40,000 nucleotides of DNA from an uncultured Actinomycetes bacterium. Lineage in GTDB: Bacteria > Actinomycetota > Thermoleophilia > Solirubrobacterales > Solirubrobacteraceae. The stretch spans positions 1,152,401-1,192,400 of the forward strand of contig CAWEBN010000005.1 of NCBI GenBank assembly GCA_963807305.1. The letters run 5' to 3'. The number at the start of each line of letters is the position of its first letter. Position 1 is the first letter of the stretch. The position numbers and the translations under genes are program-made. This document shows, piece by piece, positions 24,914-32,531 of the stretch. The notes beneath the pieces are model-generated. The model was not told the DNA's origin, ran no database searches, and saw only the letters and a list, made by a program, of their open reading frames with translations.

Positions 24914-24950
24914 CGCGATCTGCCACGTCCGATGGGCGTGGCAGATCGCG
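24914..24950. terminator. Perfect 14-bp inverted repeat between convergent genes (probable bidirectional intrinsic terminator)
   Basis: CGCGATCTGCCACG (24914-24927), a 9-nt loop, then CGTGGCAGATCGCG (24937-24950). It lies 15 nt after the dehydrogenase stop and 80 nt before the pepA stop. There is no clear U-tract. Confidence 0.5.
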
Positions 24951-25030
24951 CGGCGCTCACAAATAGTGACATGGTCGGAAGCCCCCGTCCTCCGATTTAC
25001 TCTCAGCTTGCTGGGCCCGCGAGCATGACG

Positions 25031-26416
25031 TCACTGCGCCATGCGCGTTGCGAGCTCCGTGAGCATCCGCACGCCGTAGCCGGTCGCGCCGCGGCCGAAG
25101 GCGTCGCCGCGGTCCTCCTCGAGCATCGCTGTCCCGAGCATGTCGACATGCGCCCAAGGTCCGTCACCCGCGAACTGCCGCAGGAAGGTCGCGGCGATGA
25201 TCGGGAACCCGAAGCTCTTGCCGGCGGTGTTGCGCAGGTCGGCCACGGTCGATTCGATGAGCGATCGGTAGCGCCGATGCAGCGGCCACGGCCACGCGAG
25301 GTCACCGGTGGCGTTTCCCGCCTCGACGACGGCATCGCGCCACGCGTCGTCGTTGGCGAACACGCCGGCGTACACGTCGCCCATGCCGGCGCGCATCGCG
25401 CCGGTCAGCGTGGCGAGGTCGACGACGTGCGTGGCGCCGTCGCGGCGGGCCCACCACAGAGCGTCCGCGAGGATCAAACGCCCCTCGGCATCGGGGTTCG
25501 TGACCTCCACGGTCAGGCCGGCGGCGGTCGTGATGACGTCGGTCGGCTTGATGGCGGTGCCGCTGAGCATGTTCTCGCAGGCGGGCACGACGCCGGTGAC
25601 CGACAGCGGGAGCCCGAGCTCGGCGATCGCCCCCAGGGCGGCCACGACCGCTGCGCCGCCGGCCATGTCAGCCTTCTGGCGGACGATGTCGGACTGCGGC
25701 TTGAGGAAGTAGCCGCCGGTGTCGAAGGTGACCGCCTTGCCCACGAGCGCCAAGCGCGGCGCATCGGGAGCGTGCGCTGGTCGGTGGCGGAGCACGATGA
25801 GGCGCGGCTCGATCGGGCTGCTCGCGCCGACGGCTGCGAGCGCACCCAGCCCCGCCTCGCCGGCGTCGACGATCTCGGTGCTGACTCCCGGCACCGCAGT
25901 TGCCCGTTCGGCGAGCCCGGCGGGGGAGACGACGTTGGCCGGTGCGTCGACGAGCTCGCGGGCGATGTTGATCCAGCGCGCGCCGAGTACCGCACGGTCG
26001 GCCACCGCCGCCAAGTCCTCGCCGGCGCCGCAGATGACGAAGCGCTGCACGCCGGCGGGCGGTCCGGCGCCGCGCCAGCGCCTGCGGTCGTAGCCGCCGA
26101 TGACGGCGCCCTCGGCCAGCGCGCGCACCTGCTCGTCGACCGACAGCGGCAGCGACGGGTCGAGCGCCCACGCCACCGTGCCACCGCCGCGACAGGCGCG
26201 TACGGCTCGCGCGGCCGCCGTGCGCAGCCCGTCGGCTCCGGGCTCGAGCGCGACGACGGCGAGCGGCGCGCCATCCGACGGGTAGGTCACCGCGACCGGG
26301 TCGGCGTCCGCCAGCGCACGCTGCGGGGCGCCCAGCTGCGCCGCCCGCGCTCCGGCTGCCGCGACGAGGTCGGCGCCGACGCCGAGCGGGTCGCCCGCAG
26401 TAACCTCGACGTTCAT
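25031..26416 (-). CDS. pepA: Leucyl aminopeptidase (M17 family)
   Basis: 461 aa. M17 catalytic-domain motifs are present: VGKAVTFDTGGYFLKP, KADMAGGAAV and the NPDAEGRLILADAL signature (NTDAEGRL type). Confidence 0.88.
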   Translation of the reverse strand: MNVEVTAGDPLGVGADLVAAAGARAAQLGAPQRALADADPVAVTYPSDGAPLAVVALEPGADGLRTAAARAVRACRGGGTVAWALDPSLPLSVDEQVRALAEGAVIGGYDRRRWRGAGPPAGVQRFVICGAGEDLAAVADRAVLGARWINIARELVDAPANVVSPAGLAERATAVPGVSTEIVDAGEAGLGALAAVGASSPIEPRLIVLRHRPAHAPDAPRLALVGKAVTFDTGGYFLKPQSDIVRQKADMAGGAAVVAALGAIAELGLPLSVTGVVPACENMLSGTAIKPTDVITTAAGLTVEVTNPDAEGRLILADALWWARRDGATHVVDLATLTGAMRAGMGDVYAGVFANDDAWRDAVVEAGNATGDLAWPWPLHRRYRSLIESTVADLRNTAGKSFGFPIIAATFLRQFAGDGPWAHVDMLGTAMLEEDRGDAFGRGATGYGVRMLTELATRMAQ

Positions 26417-26447
26417 TTTGTGACCACGACCGTCGACCGTCCTTCGC

Positions 26448-26453
26448 TAGAAT
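26448..26453 (+). promoter_or_regulatory. Candidate -10 element (TAGAAT) upstream of pqqA
   Basis: TAGAAT lies 34 nt upstream of the pqqA ATG in the 71-bp divergent pepA/pqqA spacer. No convincing -35 was found. This is a pattern match only. Confidence 0.25.
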
Positions 26454-26487
26454 TCCAACCACTTGCACTCTAATGAGGGAGGCACTT

Positions 26488-26562
26488 ATGACGTGGGTCA
26501 AGCCGAAGTTCGAGATCGTCGAGCTGTGCTCCGAGGTCACTTCCTACCTGTTCCACCGCTGA
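26488..26562 (+). CDS. pqqA: Coenzyme PQQ precursor peptide PqqA
   Basis: This 24-codon ORF encodes MTWVKPKFEIVELCSEVTSYLFHR, with the conserved E-x-x-x-Y (EVTSY) cross-link motif. SD GAGGGAGG is 5 nt upstream of the ATG. It sits immediately upstream of pqqB. It is too short to appear in the ORF track. Confidence 0.9.
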   Translation: MTWVKPKFEIVELCSEVTSYLFHR

Positions 26563-26582
26563 CAGCCTGAACGCCGGGCCAC

Positions 26583-27437
26583 GTGCGCGTTCGCGTCCTT
26601 GGCTCGGCCGCCGGTGGAGGCTTTCCGCAGTGGAACTGCCGCTGCGGAACGTGCCAGGCCGCGCGCGAAGGCGTTCGCGCGCGACCCCGCACGCAGTCGT
26701 CGCTCGCGATCCGCGGTGACGAGGGCCCATGGTTCCTCGTCAACGCCTCGCCGGACGCGCGTCAGCAACTCGAGACGCTCGCGCCCGACCGCACCGATGC
26801 CGTTCGCGCCCCGCCGGTGGCGGGGGTGTTGTTGACTGACGCCGAGATCGACCACACGGCGGGCCTGCTGCTCCTGCGGGAGTCGGGTGCGCCGGTCCGT
26901 GTCTTCGGCGCGGCGGACGTCGAGCGCGCGCTGACCGAGACGCTGCTGCGCATGCTCGAGCGCTTCTGCGGGGTCGACTGGGAGGCGCTCGAGCCCGGGC
27001 GCGCCACGGCGCTCGACGGGTCGAGCCTCGTCGTCGAGCCGTTCGACGTGGGCGACGACGAGGCCAGCGGCCTCGTCTTCCGCGACCGCGCGAGCGGCGG
27101 CGTGCTCGCCTACGCGCCCGCGCTCGCCACGCTCGACGACGGCCCCCTGGACCGCTTCGCCGAAAGCGACCTCGTGCTCGTCGACGGGACGTTCTGGCGC
27201 GGGGACGAGCTCGCCCTGCTCGGCATCTCCGACCGCAGCGCACACGACATGGGCCACGTCCCGCTCTCGGGCCCCGGCGGGACGCTCGAGGCGCTCGCCG
27301 GCCTGGAGCGCCCGCGTAAGGTGCTCGTCCACATCAACAACACGAACCCGATCCTGCTCGAGGACTCGCCCGAGCGCGAAGCGGTCGTCAGCGCGGGCGT
27401 CGAAGTCGCCTACGATGGCCTCGAGGTCCAGCTATGA
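26583..27437 (+). CDS. pqqB: PQQ biosynthesis protein B (metallo-beta-lactamase fold)
   Basis: 284 aa from GTG 26583. The N-terminus VRVLGSAAGGGFPQWNCRCGTC, plus DHTAGLLLLRE and HINNTNPIL, are typical PqqB. Confidence 0.92.
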   Translation: MRVRVLGSAAGGGFPQWNCRCGTCQAAREGVRARPRTQSSLAIRGDEGPWFLVNASPDARQQLETLAPDRTDAVRAPPVAGVLLTDAEIDHTAGLLLLRESGAPVRVFGAADVERALTETLLRMLERFCGVDWEALEPGRATALDGSSLVVEPFDVGDDEASGLVFRDRASGGVLAYAPALATLDDGPLDRFAESDLVLVDGTFWRGDELALLGISDRSAHDMGHVPLSGPGGTLEALAGLERPRKVLVHINNTNPILLEDSPEREAVVSAGVEVAYDGLEVQL

Positions 27438-28171
27438 CCGAGAGCGTCACGCAGACGACGGTCGAGCCCGAGCCGGCGTCGCCGGAGGAGTTCGCCGCGC
27501 GCCTGCGCGCGCAGGGCACGCGCTACCACCACCTGCATCCCTTCCACCGGCGGATGGACGCCGGCGAGCTCACACGCGAGGAGCTGCAGCGCTGGGTGGC
27601 CAACCGCTTCTACTACCAGAAGTGCATCCCGCTCAAGGACGCCGCGATCCTGTCGAACTGCCCCGAGGTCGCGGTCCGGCGCGAGTGGATCCAGCGCATC
27701 GTCGACCACGACGGCGCCACCGAGGGAACGGGCGGCATCGAGTCGTGGCTGCGGCTGGGGGAGGCCCTCGGCGTCTCGCGCGACGAGCTCGTGTCGGAGA
27801 GGCGAGTCCTGCCCGCGGTGCGCTACGCGGTCGACGCCTACGTCGGCTTCGCGCGCCGCAAGCCGTGGATCGAGGCGGTCGCGTCGTCGCTCACCGAGCT
27901 CTTCGGGCCCGACGCGATCCGCGTGCGGCTCGACGCGCTCGACCGCCACTACGGATGGATCGACCCCGCGGGGCTCCAGTACTTCCGGACCCGGCTCGTG
28001 CAGGCGCCACGCGACGCGCAGTACGCGCTCGACCTCACGGTCGAGCGCTGCCGCACGCCCGAGCAGCAGGACGCCGCCGTCGCGGCGCTGCGCTTCAAGA
28101 CCGAGATGCTGTGGGCCCAGCTCGACGCCATCGACCGGGGGGAGACACAGCCGGCGGGGGAGAGGACATGA
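27434..28171 (+). CDS. pqqC: Pyrroloquinoline-quinone synthase
   Basis: 245 aa with an ATGA overlap with pqqB. YHHLHPFHRRM, WVANRFYYQ, RREWIQRIVDHDG and LRFKTEMLWAQLDAI are typical PqqC. Confidence 0.92.
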   Translation: MTESVTQTTVEPEPASPEEFAARLRAQGTRYHHLHPFHRRMDAGELTREELQRWVANRFYYQKCIPLKDAAILSNCPEVAVRREWIQRIVDHDGATEGTGGIESWLRLGEALGVSRDELVSERRVLPAVRYAVDAYVGFARRKPWIEAVASSLTELFGPDAIRVRLDALDRHYGWIDPAGLQYFRTRLVQAPRDAQYALDLTVERCRTPEQQDAAVAALRFKTEMLWAQLDAIDRGETQPAGERT

Positions 28172-28431
28172 CGCGCCCCCGCCTCGTCACCGGCGCGCGC
28201 CTTCGCTACGACGAGGTGCGCGAGGAGCACGTGCTGCTCATCCCGGAAGGCGCCGTGCGACTCAACCCGACGGCGGCCGAGGTGCTCGAGCTGTGCGATG
28301 GCGAGCGCTCGGTCGACGACATCGTCGGCGCGCTCTGCGCCCGCTACGAGGGCGCCGACCTGCGCGAGGACGTGCAGGAGCTCATCGACGGCCTGGCACA
28401 GCGAGGACTCGTGGTCGATGCAGCCGCCTAG
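28168..28431 (+). CDS. pqqD: PQQ biosynthesis peptide chaperone PqqD
   Basis: 87 aa with an ATGA overlap with pqqC. LLIPEGAVRLNPTAAEVLELCDGERSVDDIV is typical PqqD. Confidence 0.88.
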   Translation: MTRPRLVTGARLRYDEVREEHVLLIPEGAVRLNPTAAEVLELCDGERSVDDIVGALCARYEGADLREDVQELIDGLAQRGLVVDAAA

Positions 28432-29515
28432 GCCGTCCACGCTGATCGCCGAGCTCTCCTACCAGTGCCCGCTGCACTGCCCGTACTGCTCGAACCCGCT
28501 GCACATCGGCGCCGAGACGTACCGTCACGAGCTCGAGACCGAGCACTGGATCCGGGCGTTCGGAGAGGCGCGCGCGCTCGGGGTCCTGCAGCTGGCGCTC
28601 ACGGGCGGCGAGCCGATGCTGCGCCGCGATCTGGTCGAGCTGTGCGCCGCCGCGCGCGACGCCGGCCTGTACTCGTCGCTCATCACCGCGGGGACGCTCT
28701 TCACGCGCGAGCGCGCCGAGGCGCTCAAGGAGGCCGGGCTCGACCACGTGCAGATCTCGATCCAGAGCCCGGACCCCGAGGACAACGACCGCATCGCCCA
28801 CAACCGGTCCTTCGAGAAGAAGGTCGCGGCCGCGCGCCATGCGAAGGCGCTCGACTTCCCCCTGACCATCAACTGCGTCCTGCACCGCCAGAACCTCGAT
28901 CGCATCGAGGAGCTGCTCGAGCTCACGCTCGAGCTGGGCGCGCAGCGGCTCGAGCTGGCCAACACGCAGTACTACGGCTGGGCGGTCCCCAACCAGGAGG
29001 CGCTCATGCCGTCGTGGGGGCAGCTCGAGCGCGCCGAAGGAGCGGTCAAGCGCTTCCGCGAGCGGGTCGGCCCCAAGGTCGACGTCCTCTGGGTGCTGCC
29101 CGACTACTTCGAGGACCTGCCCAAGCCGTGCATGGGCGGCTGGGGCACGACGGCGATGGTGGTCGCCCCGAACGGCGACGTGCTCCCGTGCCAGGCCGCG
29201 TCGACGATCCCGGGCCTCGAGTTCGCCAACGTCCGCGACCACGCGCTGGACTGGATCTGGAGCGAGTCCGATGCCTTCGCGCGCTTCCGCGGCACCGACT
29301 GGATGCAGGAGCCCTGCCGGAGCTGCCCGCTCGGCCGCCAGGAGGTCGACTTCGGCGGCTGCCGCTGCCAGGCGCTGCGGCTCACGGGCGACGCCGCGGC
29401 CACCGATCCCGTCTGCCGGTACTCGCCCCGTCACGACCGCGTCGTCGCGGCGCGCGACGCTGCGCAGACCGACGAGTTCGTCTATCGCACGATGAAGCGG
29501 CCCGCGCGCGTCTAG
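28418..29515 (+). CDS. pqqE: Radical SAM/SPASM PqqA peptide cyclase PqqE
   Basis: 365 aa from ATG 28418, with a 14-nt overlap with pqqD. It has the radical SAM cluster motif CPLHCPYC, GGEPMLR, and C-terminal SPASM cysteines (CRSCPLGRQEVDFGGCRC). Confidence 0.92.
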   Translation: MQPPRPSTLIAELSYQCPLHCPYCSNPLHIGAETYRHELETEHWIRAFGEARALGVLQLALTGGEPMLRRDLVELCAAARDAGLYSSLITAGTLFTRERAEALKEAGLDHVQISIQSPDPEDNDRIAHNRSFEKKVAAARHAKALDFPLTINCVLHRQNLDRIEELLELTLELGAQRLELANTQYYGWAVPNQEALMPSWGQLERAEGAVKRFRERVGPKVDVLWVLPDYFEDLPKPCMGGWGTTAMVVAPNGDVLPCQAASTIPGLEFANVRDHALDWIWSESDAFARFRGTDWMQEPCRSCPLGRQEVDFGGCRCQALRLTGDAAATDPVCRYSPRHDRVVAARDAAQTDEFVYRTMKRPARV

Positions 29516-30954
29516 ACTCCCAGCGCCCGCCGCACGACCGGGACGTTGCGCCGCGACACGGGCACCGCCTCGCGTGCCGCGCCGTCCATGATCAACAGCA
29601 GCTCGCCCCGCTGCCCGCGCTCGACCGCCCGCACGCACGTCAGGTTGACCAGGAAGCGGCGATGGACGCGTAGGAACTCGCCGCCCTCGAGCTCCTCCTC
29701 GAGCTTGTCGATGCCGCGGACGGCGGCCTGCAGGCGCCCTTCGTCGGTGACCAGCCAGACGTCGTTGCCGTCGGCCTCGGCGAAGCGGACCTCGGGGCGG
29801 TGCAGGAGGACCATGCGCTCGCCGCTGAGGCCCACGATGCGCGCCGGCGGGCTCATCCCGGGATCGGGCGCCTCGCGCTCGATCGGGTCGCCGGTCTCGG
29901 CGCCGAACAGCGCGAGTGCCCCGATGGCCTGATTGGCGAGGAAGACCGGGCGCAGCGTGATCCGGTAGGGCTCGCTGCTGAGGCCGCTCACGATCTGGGT
30001 CGAACCGACCCAGTCGTGGTCGGCGCGAGCCTGCTTGGTGGCGTGACGGGCCAGCCGTCCGAGGTCCAGGGCCGGTTGCCAGCGCACCGCCGGGTCGAGT
30101 GCGGGCACGCGCGCGGGGACGCCGAGCAGGAGGCTGGCCTCGTCGTCGGCGATGACGACCTTGCCGCGCGCATCCAGCGCGGCGAGTCCCTGTCCGGACC
30201 GCGGGTGTGCCTGGGAGAACGCCGCCGCCAGCTCGGCGCCGCTGTCCAGGGCCCGCATGCGCAGGATCTCGCGCGCGCCACCCACGCTCTTGGACAGCCA
30301 TCCGGCCGCCTGCTCAGGGAGGTTGCCGCGCCAGGTCGAGACGTTGAGCACCGCGATGGCATCGTCGGTCACGGCGTCGCGAACGGCCACGCCGGCGCAC
30401 ACCCACTCGTCGAAACCCGTGCACCAGTGCTCCGGCCCGCTGATCAGCACGGCTCCGGGCGCCTCGAGCGCGGTGCCCATCCCGTTCGTCCCCGTCGCCC
30501 ATTCCGACCAGCACGACCAGGGCGCCATGTTGCTCTGGCGCGCGCGGCGCAGCGTGTCCTTGTCCCCCTGGACGGTCAGGATGCGGCCGGCGTCGTCGGC
30601 GACGGTGACCACGCCTCCGACGCTCTCGACCTCGCTCGCGATCGACGCCGCGGCCCCGCCGAGCTGGGCGAACACGATCTCGTGCTCGAGCGTGTGCTCG
30701 GCGGATGACTCGTCCTGCTCGGACGCTGCGGGAGCCGTGACCAGCATCGGGTCCACGTGGTACTGCTCGCGGCAGCGGTACCAAGACGTGGCCACTTCGG
30801 GTCGGACCCCCCGGACACGGTCGTCACCAGCGAGAAAGCGCTCGCGCGCTGCGGTCACCGCCTGGTAGCGCTCCGCGTCACTCCTACGATGACGCCGCGC
30901 AGCCTGGCTCACAGGTGTTTTGGTACCAACGGGCGGGGGCCGCGTCAAGGGCAT
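29512..30954 (-). CDS. Transcriptional regulator with an AcoR-like N-terminal/GAF sensor region and a C-terminal LytTR DNA-binding domain
   Basis: The N-terminal RFLAGDD..VRPEVATSWYRC motif and a GAF-like middle region are present. The C-terminal LytTR pattern is VRFAEADGNDVWLVTDEGRL...FLRVHRRFLVNLTCV. I chose the start at ATG 30954; GTG 30912 and the track start 31113 are alternatives. Its stop overlaps the pqqE stop (TCTAGA). Confidence 0.7.
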   Translation of the reverse strand: MPLTRPPPVGTKTPVSQAARRHRRSDAERYQAVTAARERFLAGDDRVRGVRPEVATSWYRCREQYHVDPMLVTAPAASEQDESSAEHTLEHEIVFAQLGGAAASIASEVESVGGVVTVADDAGRILTVQGDKDTLRRARQSNMAPWSCWSEWATGTNGMGTALEAPGAVLISGPEHWCTGFDEWVCAGVAVRDAVTDDAIAVLNVSTWRGNLPEQAAGWLSKSVGGAREILRMRALDSGAELAAAFSQAHPRSGQGLAALDARGKVVIADDEASLLLGVPARVPALDPAVRWQPALDLGRLARHATKQARADHDWVGSTQIVSGLSSEPYRITLRPVFLANQAIGALALFGAETGDPIEREAPDPGMSPPARIVGLSGERMVLLHRPEVRFAEADGNDVWLVTDEGRLQAAVRGIDKLEEELEGGEFLRVHRRFLVNLTCVRAVERGQRGELLLIMDGAAREAVPVSRRNVPVVRRALGV

Positions 30955-31105
30955 TCGTCTGACCCGGCCCCGCTCCGGTCGGGGGCCGTCGCCACGCGGC
31001 TCGAAGCCGTCCGGGCCGGCACACGACGCCCGCCGCGACGTACCGCAATCCGGCGTGGAGATGTGCAGGGACTTCGAGGGTCGCTCGTGCACGCGAACGT
31101 TCAGA

Positions 31106-31996
31106 TCACGCATCGGCTGACGCCGAAGACGGGGGAAGCGATCGCGACCGAGCGGAAGGTCGCTCGGCGTCCCGGACAGTCTTTATGAAGGCCGGTGCGT
31201 CGGCGGCGAGCGCGGACCGGTCCTGTTCCTCTTCGACGGCCAGCGCCGCCGCGCGCGCCGAGAGCACCCGCCGCCACGTGTCGGCGTCGGCCGGGGGCGG
31301 ACCGAGGCCGCTCAGGCGTGCGCCGAGCGTGCGAAGGGTGGGCCGCGAGTCGCCGGGTCCGGTGAAGAACCGGCCGACCGCCGGAAGCAGTGCCGGGTCG
31401 GGGTGGAGCGGGTCGAAGGGCGAGAACGGGAAGGGCGGCAGCGCGGCGAGCTGTCGTGCCGCGCTCGCGCAGAGCAGGTCGGCCCGTCGGCGGAAGGCAC
31501 GGTCTGCCGCCGGACGCTCGAGGACGCCGCTGTGCAGGACGACTCCGGCCCGCGGCGTGATCGTGATAGTCAGCAGCGATTCCCGATCGCCGAGGTCGCG
31601 CGCAACGATGGTGCCGCGAGCGCCGCGGTAGGCCCCGCTGCGGGCCGAGATCGTCCACTCGTGCGTGGCGTCGCTCCGGCGGGTCGGGCCGGCGAAGCCG
31701 ATGCGGCCGTCCGCGGTCTGCCCCCAGCCGGCGCAGTGCTCGCGGGCATCGCCGCCCCCGAGGATGGCGGTCGTCCGGCACGTGAAGGCGAAGTGCCCGA
31801 CCGCACGCCTCCCGTGGACGTCGCGCAGCGGGCCGCCGGCGACGTCGAGGTGACCCACGGTGTTCGCCGGGCCCCCTCCGCTGCGGACGTGCGTGGAGAG
31901 CGCGTCGAGGAGCAGGGTCTGGTGGGCGGCAGGCCGCGCCGAAGCGGAGGCCGCGGTCGCGACGGCCGCCACGAGGGTCAAGGCGAGGAGCTTCAT
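31106..31996 (-). CDS. Secreted hypothetical protein
   Basis: The call runs from ATG 31996. MKLLALTLVAAVATAASASA-RP is a clear Sec-type signal peptide. The upstream part of the 380-aa track ORF is low-complexity. No family was recognised. Confidence 0.55.
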   Translation of the reverse strand: MKLLALTLVAAVATAASASARPAAHQTLLLDALSTHVRSGGGPANTVGHLDVAGGPLRDVHGRRAVGHFAFTCRTTAILGGGDAREHCAGWGQTADGRIGFAGPTRRSDATHEWTISARSGAYRGARGTIVARDLGDRESLLTITITPRAGVVLHSGVLERPAADRAFRRRADLLCASAARQLAALPPFPFSPFDPLHPDPALLPAVGRFFTGPGDSRPTLRTLGARLSGLGPPPADADTWRRVLSARAAALAVEEEQDRSALAADAPAFIKTVRDAERPSARSRSLPPSSASADA

Positions 31997-32030
31997 GGCT
32001 CGCGCTGCCGGCGGCTCGAGCTGCGAACCC

Positions 32031-32468
32031 TCAGTCCGCGGGCACCGTCGCGGGGACGAGCCCGAGCTGCTCGAGCATCGAGAGCCGGTCGAACGCCAGG
32101 TTGAAGGAGACATGGGCGCCATCGCGGAAGCGGAGCACCTGGATGTAGTCCAGGCTGACGACGCGCCCGGTCGGCGGCAGATCGCCGGCCGGGCCGTGGA
32201 GGATCCCGTCCTGGGTCCCGGTGAAGGTGCCCACTTCGATGGCGACATCGCCGTTGATGTGAAGGTCGGTGACCTCGACGTGCGCGTCCGGGAAGGCCAC
32301 GATCCAGCCGCCGTAGAACTCGAGGCAGGCCGCCTTGCCCTCGCCTCGCATCTCGCCCGGCGCGTTGAAGACGACGTCGTCCGCGAGCACCTCCGCGAAT
32401 CCGTCGAGGTCGTGCGCGTTGAAGGTGTCGGTACCCCTCTCGAACGCCTCGCGTGTAGTCCTGGCCAT
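32031..32468 (-). CDS. SnoaL-like / ester-cyclase NTF2-fold protein
   Basis: 145 aa, with SD GGGAGG upstream of ATG 32468. FNAHDLDGFAEVLADDVVFNAPG...FYGGWIVAFPD...VEV is typical of SnoaL-like ester cyclases. Confidence 0.7.
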   Translation of the reverse strand: MARTTREAFERGTDTFNAHDLDGFAEVLADDVVFNAPGEMRGEGKAACLEFYGGWIVAFPDAHVEVTDLHINGDVAIEVGTFTGTQDGILHGPAGDLPPTGRVVSLDYIQVLRFRDGAHVSFNLAFDRLSMLEQLGLVPATVPAD

Positions 32469-32531
32469 CGGAGCCTCCCTGGTTGGCGGGTGAATGCAGA
32501 CCGCAGGGTGGCGGAGGCGACGAGCGCTTCG

